NCBI GenBank assembly: GCA_918262735.1
Contig: CAKJYJ010000005.1
Span: 211,035-275,034 of the forward strand
Reading direction: 5' to 3'
Length of the DNA: 64,000 bases
From: Clostridiales bacterium
GTDB taxonomy: Bacteria; Bacillota; Clostridia; Christensenellales; UBA1242
Shown here one piece after another: positions 10,206 to 20,240 of the stretch. A program made the position numbers and the translations under genes. Positions within the stretch are counted from its first letter, which is position 1. Each line of letters starts with the position of its first letter. The notes beneath the pieces were generated by a model. It worked only from the letters and a program-made list of their open reading frames with translations, had not been told where the DNA came from and searched no databases.

Positions 10206-10814
10206 TTATTCATCACTGGTTGGCACCATAAAATAGCCCTGCTCGTAACTACAAAGTGGACAAACTTTTGGCGCTTCTTTTTGTTCAATTTCGGTTCCGC
10301 AATATGAACACTTCCATTTGTTTATTTGTTTCATTCTATACAGGGTGTTTGATTTCATTTTTGCAAAGTATTCACCCAGCATTAAGTGGTGACAGTTCTC
10401 AACCTGAACAACGTGATGAAATGCCTTTGCAATATCTTTGAACCCTTCCTTTAGTGCGGTTTCTTCAAACTCTTTATATAGCGTGTCGCTTTCATATTTT
10501 TCCGTATCGCTTGTTAATTTTAATCCTTCTGGTAAAACATAACTTGTGAATGGTAGCCCAGCACAAACGTCAATGTTTTGCGTTCCACATGCGGCACACT
10601 CGCAATCATTTTTTCCATTACAGAGAATAAAATTATAAAACACTGCCGCATGTGCCATTTCATTTTTTGCAATCATCTTTAATTGATTAGAAATGAAACC
10701 ATATCCTTTTGCTTTTGCATCTTTTGCCATAAATTGATATCTTGCGCCATCGGTGCATTCAGTAACAAATGCCCTTGCTAAATTTTCTTTTGTTTTACTA
10801 TTTTCAAAATTCAT
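10206..10814 (-). CDS. rbr: Rubrerythrin
   Basis: Ferritin-like diiron helices (E..NEMAH, E..E, VENCHH) plus a C-terminal rubredoxin-like CSYC...CPLC. A Cys-rich insertion lies between helices 2 and 3. Confidence 0.85.
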   Translation of the reverse strand: MNFENSKTKENLARAFVTECTDGARYQFMAKDAKAKGYGFISNQLKMIAKNEMAHAAVFYNFILCNGKNDCECAACGTQNIDVCAGLPFTSYVLPEGLKLTSDTEKYESDTLYKEFEETALKEGFKDIAKAFHHVVQVENCHHLMLGEYFAKMKSNTLYRMKQINKWKCSYCGTEIEQKEAPKVCPLCSYEQGYFMVPTSDE

Positions 10815-10914
10815 AACAACTCCTTCGACTCTGTTATTATGAACAAAATTGGTAATTTTTACACAAAAACGACCATTTTTTGCTAAATTTTATATATTTT
10901 TTGGTCATTTTTTA

Positions 10915-11628
10915 TTATTTTTTTGCAATAATTGTGTGTGCTGCGGTTAAAACATACACAGCCTTTGCCCCTGATTTTTTGAGAACTTTAGCACACTCTG
11001 ACACGGTTGCTCCAGTTGTAAAAACATCATCAATAACAAGTACAGACTTGTCTTTAACCAGTTTTTTATTAACAACCCGGAATGCATCTTTTAGGTTTTT
11101 TTGACGCTCAATAAAATTTAGTTCCGTTTGTGTTCCTGTTTCCTTAACCCTTTCCAAAACATCCAAAACTGGTATATTAACAATCTTTGAAAAACTATCT
11201 GCAAGCAATGATGATTGATTATATCCTCTTTCTTTCATTCGTTTTGTGCATAGTGGAACTGGAGTAACAAAGTTAATGGATATTTTTGAATTACAAAATG
11301 TGTCAGCCATAAACCTTGAAAGTGGCTCTGCTAAATACTTTGCATTATTATACTTTAAATTTTGAATGTGTTTTGCAATTGCATCAGTGTATATGAATGG
11401 CGATATTGCCTTGTCATATAGCTGTGTTTTACCTTTACATCTTTTGCAATAATCCCCATCACTTATTAAAATGTCAGAACAATGCTGACATAGTCTACCA
11501 GTTAAAAATGGAAGTGAGCTCTTACACCCTTCACAAACACCATACGGATTGTTAAAAATGTCCCTACCACAACATATACAGGTGTAGTTTGGAGGAAATA
11601 TAAAATCTATTATTCTTTTTATGAACAT
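10915..11628 (-). CDS. comFC: ComF family protein (ComFC-type phosphoribosyltransferase)
   Basis: N-terminal double zinc ribbon (CICCG..CEGC; CQHC..CKRC) plus the PRTase motif VLVIDDVFTTGATV. Confidence 0.8.
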   Translation of the reverse strand: MFIKRIIDFIFPPNYTCICCGRDIFNNPYGVCEGCKSSLPFLTGRLCQHCSDILISDGDYCKRCKGKTQLYDKAISPFIYTDAIAKHIQNLKYNNAKYLAEPLSRFMADTFCNSKISINFVTPVPLCTKRMKERGYNQSSLLADSFSKIVNIPVLDVLERVKETGTQTELNFIERQKNLKDAFRVVNKKLVKDKSVLVIDDVFTTGATVSECAKVLKKSGAKAVYVLTAAHTIIAKK

Positions 11629-11690
11629 ATAACTATATTATCATAATTTTTTAAAAAATAAAATACAATTATTATTAGAGGTGAATTTTT

Positions 11691-11951
11691 ATGGAAAATA
11701 GTAAATCTTGCATAGTTTTAACCGATAGAACCAATTTGAGAATATCCGGAGTTTTGGGCGTTAATAACTTAACAGAAACAGATGTCTGCGTTATTGTTGG
11801 AAACGACTTACTTTTAATTCATGGAGAAAACCTAAAGGCAGAAAAATTGTCGGTTGAAACCGGCGAACTGATTATAAACGGAATAATAGCCAGCATAAAG
11901 TTTGAAAATAAAAAAGAAAAGCAAAGCTTGCTGAAAAGGATATTTAAGTAA
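11691..11951 (+). CDS. yabP: Sporulation protein YabP
   Basis: 86 aa. LRISGVLGVNNLTETDVCV...IHGENLKAEKLSVETGELIINGII fits the YabP/YqfC family. It is followed by yabQ-like and divIC-like genes, as in Bacillus. Confidence 0.8.
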   Translation: MENSKSCIVLTDRTNLRISGVLGVNNLTETDVCVIVGNDLLLIHGENLKAEKLSVETGELIINGIIASIKFENKKEKQSLLKRIFK

Positions 11952-11954
11952 GCA

Positions 11955-12326
11955 ATGCTTTATGAAACCTTAAATCAACCCGCTCTTTTATTGTTATTTA
12001 TTGGCACGGGTATTGCTGGTGGAATTGTTTTTGATGTTGGAAACTATGTTAAATTTCTCTTATCATATAAAAATATTTCAAACATAATAATTGATTTCTT
12101 GGAAACGTCCCTCTGTCTTTTTATGCTGTTTTTTGTTAACTTAAAATATAATTATGGGCAACTGCGACTATTTCCATTATTAATATTTTTGATTGTTTTT
12201 TCTTTGGAGCGCATAACTATTGGCAAGATGCTTGCAAAATTTTACACAACGTGTTACAATTTAATTAGAAAAGCAATTAAAAGGTTACACAGAGGAAAAA
12301 ATAATGAAAATAACAAAAACGGTTAA
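11955..12326 (+). CDS. yabQ: Spore cortex biosynthesis protein YabQ-like membrane protein
   Basis: 123 aa with 3-4 TM helices, immediately after yabP. The assignment rests on conserved gene order. Confidence 0.6.
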   Translation: MLYETLNQPALLLLFIGTGIAGGIVFDVGNYVKFLLSYKNISNIIIDFLETSLCLFMLFFVNLKYNYGQLRLFPLLIFLIVFSLERITIGKMLAKFYTTCYNLIRKAIKRLHRGKNNENNKNG

Positions 12327-12615
12327 GTTTTATGTAATTTTGCTAGCTATTGTTCCTGTTGTTCTGTTTTTAACGGCGGTCACGCAAACATTTATATTAA
12401 AATCAAAAAAGAATACATTAAATAACGCAAACAGCCAATTGGAACAAAATAATGCGGAATACGAAAAACAACAAGAAATATATAATTATCTTAATTCTGA
12501 CGAATATTTAGAGGATTATTACAAGCATTATGGCTATGGCACAGATGAGGGTGGTAACACACAATACTATGGCAATAATGAAGACGATATAAATATTATT
12601 GTTACCCAACCATAA
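12304..12615 (+). CDS. Septum formation initiator (DivIC/FtsB-like) protein
   Basis: 103 aa with an N-terminal TM helix followed by a coiled-coil-like segment. Its position after yabP-yabQ matches divIC in Bacillus. Confidence 0.5.
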   Translation: MKITKTVKFYVILLAIVPVVLFLTAVTQTFILKSKKNTLNNANSQLEQNNAEYEKQQEIYNYLNSDEYLEDYYKHYGYGTDEGGNTQYYGNNEDDINIIVTQP

Positions 12616-12709
12616 TTTTATTTATGTTTAATAAAAAACGACCATTAAATTTTTGTTTTAATGGTCTTTTTTTTAATGTAAGAAGAGCAAAAGTAAAACG
12701 ATTATTATT

Positions 12710-13858
12710 TTATTTTTCATTTGCAAGTGATGAATTCTTATATTCGTCGTCCTCGGTTACTTCCTTAATAACATTAACAAACTTTGGAACTTCTATTTTT
12801 TGGTCTTCATCTTTTAACTCAATTTCCATTATGGCTTTATCTTTCCAGAATGGGTATACATCTATTTCAAAATATTGATTTTTATAAACAAACCTGTATC
12901 TTGTTTTTCTTATCTGTTTTTTTGATGTGTCGGCTTGCATTAAATAGTTTAAGTACTCATCTTTTGAAATACGCTTTTCAACCTCAATTCTTTTAAGCCC
13001 TGTTATTTTCTTCTTCGAAGTTTTGGTGTATGTGTATTCTCCATTAATTCCACTTTGCCTTACCCTAACCTCCTCATCACCATCACTTAAAAGATATGTT
13101 TGAATAATGTCAATTTTTTTGCAATATGGACTACTCTCCAATATTTTTAAGTCTGGGTATTTAATTAAATATTTTCTTTCAATCTCATAAGGCTTTGGTT
13201 CGCCCAAAAATGAAGCAATCTCACCAATTAACTTTTTCATTTTTGTATCAAAATCAGATGAGTTATCAATTATTCTTAAATGAGGATGCCCCGTCCATGC
13301 GGACATTGTTTTTCTGTCTAGTTCAATTGCCTGTTCCGGCGTTTCTGTTCTTGCTTTGTTGTTTGTAAGAGTGTAAAACTCCTCTGCACCATCTGCCGCC
13401 GTGACAAGGTGAAAAACTGCATCATAACTGTTTAGTATTTCCATTTCCTTTAATGATTTTTTTTGAAGGATTTTTTCAAAATCCTCTTTTGAAACATATG
13501 CCTTGCTATCCAACATTCCTCTATCACAAACAATTAAAATCTTATTTGCTTTATTAACTTTTGCTGCTTTTTCAAACGCTTTTTCTTTGTTTAATTGAAC
13601 ATCTAGCAAAACGTCTTGATAGTCAAGCCCTGAATTGCATCTCCATGGAGCAACTCCATTTGATATTAATTCGGTTGAAGTTTCTGGAACAAACATAACC
13701 GCGTACCCCATTTGAGTAAAAGTTTCGTTAATCCTGCTCATTGCGGTTGTTTTACCCGCACAAGGGCCGCCGGTTATTACAATTTTTGTTATTTCTTTTG
13801 GACTAGCCATCTCTACAACCTTGCCCGCGCTTTCTAAAACCTCATTATAATTTTTCAT
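12710..13858 (-). CDS. P-loop NTPase (AAA_28/NadR-like) fused to a CYTH (triphosphate tunnel metalloenzyme) domain
   Basis: Walker A ITGGPCAGKTT near the N-terminus. The C-terminal half starts with the CYTH signature YEIERKYLI (ExExK) and continues with alternating charged beta strands. Confidence 0.75.
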   Translation of the reverse strand: MKNYNEVLESAGKVVEMASPKEITKIVITGGPCAGKTTAMSRINETFTQMGYAVMFVPETSTELISNGVAPWRCNSGLDYQDVLLDVQLNKEKAFEKAAKVNKANKILIVCDRGMLDSKAYVSKEDFEKILQKKSLKEMEILNSYDAVFHLVTAADGAEEFYTLTNNKARTETPEQAIELDRKTMSAWTGHPHLRIIDNSSDFDTKMKKLIGEIASFLGEPKPYEIERKYLIKYPDLKILESSPYCKKIDIIQTYLLSDGDEEVRVRQSGINGEYTYTKTSKKKITGLKRIEVEKRISKDEYLNYLMQADTSKKQIRKTRYRFVYKNQYFEIDVYPFWKDKAIMEIELKDEDQKIEVPKFVNVIKEVTEDDEYKNSSLANEK

Positions 13859-14022
13859 TTTACTCTCCTTTTCCCTTCTTAAAAATATAAAAATGCCGCA
13901 CTGGGCGACATTTTTTATAGTATATGGGTGTGTGAATAATTATTATTAATAATAGATATTTTAATTGATTTCATCATACACACCCCCAAAACATAATACA
14001 AACTTAATAATTTAATTAAAGA

Positions 14023-14391
14023 TTACTTTAATTCTGCTGTTGCGCCAGCTTCTTTAAGTTTAGCTTCCATTTCTTTAGCTTGGTCAGCTGGAACGTTTTC
14101 TTTAATTGTTGAAGGAGCACCATCAACAAGTGCTTTTGCTTCTGAAAGGCCAAGACCTGTGATTTCTCTAACGGCTTTAATAACTGCAATTTTGTTTGCT
14201 CCAACATCTTTTAATGCAACTGTGAATTCAGTTTTTTCTTCTGCTGCTGCAGGGCCACCTGCAACTGCTGGACCAGCAACAACTGCTGCTGCAGCGCTAA
14301 CACCAAATTCTTCTTCTAATAATTTAACTAATTCATTAATTTCAACAACTGTTTTTGTTTTAATTTCTTCAACGATTTCTTTTAATTCCAT
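14023..14391 (-). CDS. rplL: 50S ribosomal protein L7/L12
   Basis: 122 aa with an Ala/Gly/Pro hinge and [27 protein letters not shown]. Confidence 0.95.
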   Translation of the reverse strand: MELKEIVEEIKTKTVVEINELVKLLEEEFGVSAAAAVVAGPAVAGGPAAAEEKTEFTVALKDVGANKIAVIKAVREITGLGLSEAKALVDGAPSTIKENVPADQAKEMEAKLKEAGATAELK

Positions 14392-14422
14392 TTTATTATT
14401 TCTCCTTTTTATTTTAATTTAA

Positions 14423-14914
14423 TTATGCACCCTTTTTGTCTGCAACTGCTTTAAGCGCAATGGCAACACTGCGAACAGGGCTTTGCAATAAGTATAGAAG
14501 TTTTGATACAAGAACTTCTTTTGATGGTATTTTTGAAAGTTGCTCAACCATTTTTGCATCAATTCTATTACCATTTAACATTCCGCATTTAATCTGTATT
14601 GTTTTTGAGTCTTCAGCCATTTTGCATAAGATTCTTGGAGCGGCAACTTCATCTTTCATTCCAAAGGCAACTGCCGTTGTTCCTTCAAGAACATCTTCAT
14701 ATCCCTTATGGCCAAGTTCTTCTAATGCTTTTAAAACTAATCTGTTTTTGTAAACTTTGTATTCAACGCCAGCTTCTCTAAAATCTCTACGCATTTTAGT
14801 GTCTTGCTCAACGGTGAGGCCACGATAGTCAACAAATGTTACAGAAATGGCAGAATTGAATTTTTCTTTTATTTCTTCAACGATAACCTTTTTTGCATCT
14901 AAATTAGAACTCAC
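14423..14914 (-). CDS. rplJ: 50S ribosomal protein L10
   Basis: 163 aa directly upstream of rplL, with a typical L10 sequence (FVDYRGLTVEQDTKMRRDFREAGVEYKVYKN). Confidence 0.95.
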   Translation of the reverse strand: MSSNLDAKKVIVEEIKEKFNSAISVTFVDYRGLTVEQDTKMRRDFREAGVEYKVYKNRLVLKALEELGHKGYEDVLEGTTAVAFGMKDEVAAPRILCKMAEDSKTIQIKCGMLNGNRIDAKMVEQLSKIPSKEVLVSKLLYLLQSPVRSVAIALKAVADKKGA

Positions 14915-15075
14915 GTTTTTACCTCCTTGTTTAAGTTTGTATTTAAAAAACTAAAAAACCCCTCTTAAACCGAGAAAGTAAAAGAAAGGTTTGAAAACGC
15001 CAAACTTAAACTTAACCTCGGCAAGCACAAACTGTTTACGGGAACCCCCACTTGCTGTCTTTGGAAAAGGACTTA
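14915..15075 (-). promoter_or_regulatory. Possible ribosomal protein L10 leader (autoregulatory 5' UTR)
   Basis: About 160 nt of structured untranslated leader upstream of rplJ, including GGCAAGCACAAACTG...CTTGC pairings and a C/G-rich stem before a T-run. The assignment rests on position only. Confidence 0.35.
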
Positions 15076-15187
15076 TTAATTTTTACTGCGTGATTATAAC
15101 ACACCCGCATATATATGTCAACCACTTTTTATTATTATTTAACATTTTTTTAATATTTATCATAAATATAACAAAGTGAGGTCTAAA

Positions 15188-15709
15188 ATGGATAATAACG
15201 AAACAAAAGTATCAAAAGACGAAACGGAAATTGAAAATCGTACAGCCCTGCAAACACCAACCCAAAACCAGTGCCAAATGTGCAATCACTCAACAATTAA
15301 GGCTCTTAAACACCTAATTTCCGGAATAAATGGAGAAGTAACATTAATTGCCCAACTTGCATTTCAATATTTTTTAACAAATGGCAATAATAACACTCTA
15401 TCAAACACCATAAACAAAACACTAAAAAACAAATACTCTGTGTTAAACGAGTTTTCAGCACTGGTTATAGATTTTGGTGGCGTTCCAAAATTTACCAATG
15501 GACAAGGAATGTATTGGGGAGCAAGAAGTGTTGATTATCAATTATCTCCTGACCGTTTTGTGCAAAATAACATTCGCCTGCTTGAGCGACAAATTAGGGA
15601 ATATAACAAAGCAATAAACTATGTAAACAATGAACAAATAACAATCTTTTTAACTACGCAAATTTCTAATAATAAGGAATTGATTGAGGAGTTGAAAAAC
15701 ATACAATAA
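15188..15709 (+). CDS. Hypothetical protein (possibly a ferritin-like four-helix bundle)
   Basis: The ATG at 15188 is preceded by AGTGAGG; the tracked ORF begins at a GTG at 15176. The sequence is predicted helical, and I do not recognise a confident family signature. Confidence 0.45.
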   Translation: MDNNETKVSKDETEIENRTALQTPTQNQCQMCNHSTIKALKHLISGINGEVTLIAQLAFQYFLTNGNNNTLSNTINKTLKNKYSVLNEFSALVIDFGGVPKFTNGQGMYWGARSVDYQLSPDRFVQNNIRLLERQIREYNKAINYVNNEQITIFLTTQISNNKELIEELKNIQ

Positions 15710-15784
15710 CTACAAAATATACTATTGTTTATAAAATAATAATCGCAGATGTCTTAAATGCTTCTGCGATTATTTATTAACTAA

Positions 15785-18457
15785 TTACCCTAAATTTACT
15801 GCTGTTTGATATTCTTCTAAACTAACTCCCCAATATACCATGCAACCCTCAAGGTTTGAAGAATTCCCATACCAATAGGTGTGCCATCCTGAAGGCTTTT
15901 CTTCTGGTTCCACATATAATACTATTTCATTGCGACAACCATAGAATGGGCTCTCCATATAGTCAGGTGCAGTAATATTTATTACGCTACTTGGAATATA
16001 TACACTATGCAAACATTCACACCGTATAAATGACCTTCTTTTAATTGTTTGAACTGTGTTTGGTACAATTAAATTAACAACCTCTTCCTCGCCAACATAA
16101 AAATGTTTAGCATTTGATATTGGGTTTGAATAACATGTATAATAACTGGCCTCAACTAGAAAATTAAACTTAAACCAATCTTCCAGTTGCATTACTGATA
16201 ATGCTTCTATCTTTGAGCCCATAAATGCATTGGATGCAAAATCAACGGTACCCATACCCGCACTAAAGATTAATTTATTTATACGTGAACTACCAAACGC
16301 ACCAAAGCCAATTCTAGTTATAGAGTTCGGTATAACAAGTTCATCTATTGATATACAATTACTAAAGGCACTTTCCGGAATGGTTGTAATTGAGTTCGGA
16401 ATTGTAATATCCGCCAAATCCGTGCATCCCCAAAATGCCCCAGTTTTTATGCTTGTTATAAAACTAGGAATTTCAATACTAAGAATTCGAGATTGTGCAA
16501 ATCCATCCTCTGCGATTTTTGTAACAGAATTTCCACCCATTTCACTTGGAATTGTTATTTGTTTTAATGTTCTGCCATAAGTTGTTAAACTTAATTCGTT
16601 ATTATTTACTGAAAATATTTCTGGAATTTCCCAGAGTGTTGGTAGATTATCAACATATCTCCACTTGGTCTCTGATTCTAAGGCGGGTTCGGTTTCGCTA
16701 TAGCAAGCAACATACCATCTTGTGTTTGTTCCTGTAATATTTTGCCATTGGTCGCTCGTTCCTTTGTAGTAAATCATTGAATAATTATTAAAAACGTTTG
16801 CTCCGATTTCGGTTATGCTTGTTGGTAAAACAATATAATCTATTTTTGTTAGTCCCCAAAATGCATTGCTTGAAATTATTGTTGTTGAATCCGGAATAAT
16901 TAATTGTTTTATTTCTTTTTCATTTTCAAACAAACTCCAACTACCTTTAAAAATTTGGGAACTATATTCTGAATTAAATGATATATTTAGCCAATCTTGA
17001 ATTGATGGCGTTATTACTTTGCGGAATAAACATTCACTAAAAGCATATTTTTCTATTGTTTTTATATTACTTGGAATAAAAATTTCCTTAAGAGATTCAC
17101 AATAAGAAAAGGTATAAGATTTAATCGTTTCCATACCTGTTGACAAACTAACATTTGAAAGTGCAAAACAATTACCAAATGCACTAGCACCCAAATATGT
17201 TACACTATTAGGTAATAAAACTTCTGTTAATTTTTCACAGCCACTAAATGCATAATCCATAATTGATTCAACGCCAAGTGGAATTTCAATGTTTTTTAAC
17301 CCGACAGCATGCTTAAACGCGCACCCAATATTAACACCTTTACTAGTGATGGAAATAATTGCCCTTTCAATATTGTTAACGTGGGCAAATAAACCATTAT
17401 TTGCGCCAGAGATGGCAGTAACTGCACAAGGTATTAATAATTCATTAATACTTTCAATGCCAGAAAATGTGTTTTCACTAACATTTGTTATACTGTCTGG
17501 CAAAGCTAGCGTTGGAAAACTACATCCCGAAAATACATTGTCTCCCAGAGTTTTTAGTGAGCTTGGAAGTTCAATTGATTGTAGCCTTGAACAATCCTTA
17601 AAAACTTTATTGCCCATCTTGGTCACGCTGGTTGGAATTGTTACATTTGTTAAATTTGTACAACCCTCAAAAACGCTCGCTTTTAATTCTGTCACCGTGC
17701 TAGAAATGACAACCGAAGTTATTGTTGTTTTATTTTTAAAGGCATTTTGCCCGATGGTTGTGATTATATACATTTGATTATTATGAACAACCATGCTTGG
17801 TAAAACTAAGGTTGTTTGTGTGTTGCCATCCTTTATTCCTTTAATGATTGCAGTGTTTTTTGAATCATTAAATGTGTATGTGTAGCCAGTGTCTTCTTCA
17901 CATTCAACACTGCCGTCTTTTATGTCGTCGTCCGTTATCGCGGCTTTCAGTTCAATATGATAATTGTACCTTATGTTTGTTGTAACATCTTGGTCTCGCT
18001 TGAATGTTACTGTAAACAGTGTTGTGTCGTTGTTTGATTGTAACATGATTACTCTTCCAGAGTTATATAATTCTCCATTATTCTTGATTGTTTTCGACAC
18101 ATTATTTATTGCTTGCCCATCATCTTTAAAAATAACATAAAGTGAATCTGTATTCTTATTTTCAACATTAATCAATATTGTTATTTCATCTTCTTCCCCA
18201 AATTCCAATTCAACCTGCCATGACGATAAATCCTCGCCCGTTGGAACTGCACCATCACCATATGTTAAATCGCTAAGGGTAATGTCGTTTGCATTGCCAA
18301 TTACTGACCCGGTTATTTTGGCATATACACCATCATATGTTTTAAAATATATTCCATTTTTTGTTCCACCCCTTGGAAAGAATAAAAACATACCTGCTCC
18401 AATAAGCACAACCAAAACTATGAATGCTATTAAACCAACTCTAAATTTCATAAACAT
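15785..18457 (-). CDS. BspA-type leucine-rich-repeat (LRR_5) cell-surface protein
   Basis: 890 aa with an N-terminal membrane anchor and many degenerate repeats of the form IP.SVT.IG..AF..C..L..V. Confidence 0.8.
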   Translation of the reverse strand: MFMKFRVGLIAFIVLVVLIGAGMFLFFPRGGTKNGIYFKTYDGVYAKITGSVIGNANDITLSDLTYGDGAVPTGEDLSSWQVELEFGEEDEITILINVENKNTDSLYVIFKDDGQAINNVSKTIKNNGELYNSGRVIMLQSNNDTTLFTVTFKRDQDVTTNIRYNYHIELKAAITDDDIKDGSVECEEDTGYTYTFNDSKNTAIIKGIKDGNTQTTLVLPSMVVHNNQMYIITTIGQNAFKNKTTITSVVISSTVTELKASVFEGCTNLTNVTIPTSVTKMGNKVFKDCSRLQSIELPSSLKTLGDNVFSGCSFPTLALPDSITNVSENTFSGIESINELLIPCAVTAISGANNGLFAHVNNIERAIISITSKGVNIGCAFKHAVGLKNIEIPLGVESIMDYAFSGCEKLTEVLLPNSVTYLGASAFGNCFALSNVSLSTGMETIKSYTFSYCESLKEIFIPSNIKTIEKYAFSECLFRKVITPSIQDWLNISFNSEYSSQIFKGSWSLFENEKEIKQLIIPDSTTIISSNAFWGLTKIDYIVLPTSITEIGANVFNNYSMIYYKGTSDQWQNITGTNTRWYVACYSETEPALESETKWRYVDNLPTLWEIPEIFSVNNNELSLTTYGRTLKQITIPSEMGGNSVTKIAEDGFAQSRILSIEIPSFITSIKTGAFWGCTDLADITIPNSITTIPESAFSNCISIDELVIPNSITRIGFGAFGSSRINKLIFSAGMGTVDFASNAFMGSKIEALSVMQLEDWFKFNFLVEASYYTCYSNPISNAKHFYVGEEEVVNLIVPNTVQTIKRRSFIRCECLHSVYIPSSVINITAPDYMESPFYGCRNEIVLYVEPEEKPSGWHTYWYGNSSNLEGCMVYWGVSLEEYQTAVNLG

Positions 18458-18622
18458 CCCCCTGTTTTATTGTTTTTTTATACTACTCTCATTATACCTT
18501 TATATTTGGGTTCTTGTAAAGCAATTTTAATTGCTTTCAAAAAATATGGTGGTGCGTTATGCACCACCATATCGTGTTTTAAATTGGCAAAAATAATAAT
18601 AATTTTCGTTAATAATACCCGT

Positions 18623-19903
18623 TTATCTTATGAATGGATCAATAAAAACGTAACAATTGTAACCATCAACTTCGGAATCGGTTTTCTCAAAATGAACACC
18701 TTCAGAATCTCCAATGATTGCATCATCACACACTTCTGTCAAAACGTAGAATACTTCAAAATTATAAATTAAATCATTTTCTATTAATTCGGCACTATTG
18801 ATTAACACATTTGTATAACCTGTATTTATACAATTATACAAAAGTTTTTTAACCGTTGAAGGAATAACAAGTTCCTCTAAGTTGTTACAATTATTGAATG
18901 CTTCCTCACCAATGTTTTCTAACCCCTCTGGAAGAGTTATTTCTTTTAATGAGCTATCACAAAATGCACCGTTACCAATTGTAACCAACCCATCTGGAAC
19001 AACAATACCTGTTAATGAGGCACCACCAAATGCCCAACTATCAATAATTATGCAATCTTCGTTCACTATTGCAACAAGTTCTTCACCATCACCGAGTGCC
19101 ACTCCAGGATAGTATGTGCCACCTGCACCTGCCAACATCATGTATGGATTGCCAGGATTGCCAAGATAGTACAAGTCATTTTCTTCATCGTAAGTAAAGA
19201 ACTGTCTAGCAAAAATATTTTGCATTTCAGGGTATTCAAGACCATCGTCACCAGTCCCATCAGGGTATTCTTTATCAAAATAATCAGCAAACAAATCCCA
19301 AATACTATCGCAAATGTCAATTGCTTCCGTTCTGTTGTTTGGAATAATTGCTTCAAGGTTCTCTAAATAATATACTTCTTCAACCCAAGATTCATCATCC
19401 CCTGGAGTTTCTTGGTAATAATACCAACCAGAAAGCCCTCTAAAATACTCAACGGTTGATGGAATTGTGATGGTTTTAATTCCTGTGGCAAGTTCATTAA
19501 CTCCAGTGTAATTAAAGTCATCAACATTGTCTATTGTGAATAATAAGTTTTCAACCGCAACAACCCTATATGTTTCCTCTCCATCGGTTACATATGCTGG
19601 TATAACAAGGTTTTCAACCTCTTCGGTTACGGCATAAACACGGGCTTGGTTGTAGTCTGTGATATACTCTTCATCCCAACCGGCTTCTTCCATTCTTTCT
19701 GGTGTCCATAAATCAAACAAAAGTCCCGTCTCATCAATTGGAACTGGGGTCGTGTCATCATCATATGAAACTTCTGGCACAACTGGGCCAGGGCCTGGTC
19801 CTGGTCCTGGTGCTGGCGTGTTTCCACCGCCACAGCCAACAAGCCCAAAGCCCGCCACTGCAAGAACAAGTGTTAACAAAATCCCAAAGATTTTCTTTTT
19901 CAT
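18623..19903 (-). CDS. Lipoprotein with BspA-type LRR region
   Basis: Signal peptide with lipobox LVGC, then a (PG)n linker, then LRR_5-like repeats (ITLPEGLENIGEEAFNNCNNLEELVIPSTV). Confidence 0.75.
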   Translation of the reverse strand: MKKKIFGILLTLVLAVAGFGLVGCGGGNTPAPGPGPGPGPVVPEVSYDDDTTPVPIDETGLLFDLWTPERMEEAGWDEEYITDYNQARVYAVTEEVENLVIPAYVTDGEETYRVVAVENLLFTIDNVDDFNYTGVNELATGIKTITIPSTVEYFRGLSGWYYYQETPGDDESWVEEVYYLENLEAIIPNNRTEAIDICDSIWDLFADYFDKEYPDGTGDDGLEYPEMQNIFARQFFTYDEENDLYYLGNPGNPYMMLAGAGGTYYPGVALGDGEELVAIVNEDCIIIDSWAFGGASLTGIVVPDGLVTIGNGAFCDSSLKEITLPEGLENIGEEAFNNCNNLEELVIPSTVKKLLYNCINTGYTNVLINSAELIENDLIYNFEVFYVLTEVCDDAIIGDSEGVHFEKTDSEVDGYNCYVFIDPFIR

Positions 19904-20240
19904 AATTTTTCTCCTTTTATTTTTTCATTAAAAACTAAAAATATTAACTAACAAAATATCTGTGTCGACTTTTACTTTTGCTGGATATATTTTTCGCATA
20001 TCGTTCTATAATATGTAAAATTCGCTCTCACACAATATGCTTTTCGTGAGTATTATAGCATAGGTGTTGTGATTTTATCAAATATTTTATAAATATTTAG
20101 TGTGTATTTTGTCATGTTTTATAGCCCATTATTTGTTGTTTCGGCCTGGCAAGTATTATAAAACATGGAAAACTCAGGTTTAATAAAATACACACTGCCT
20201 AGCAATTTGCAATGTGTATATATTTTTTATTTATGTGTGA

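Noticed and set aside
10079-10288. 69-aa minus-strand ORF overlapping the 3' end of rubrerythrin.
   Set aside because: It overlaps the rbr stop region in another frame, gives an AT-rich low-complexity translation and has no RBS.
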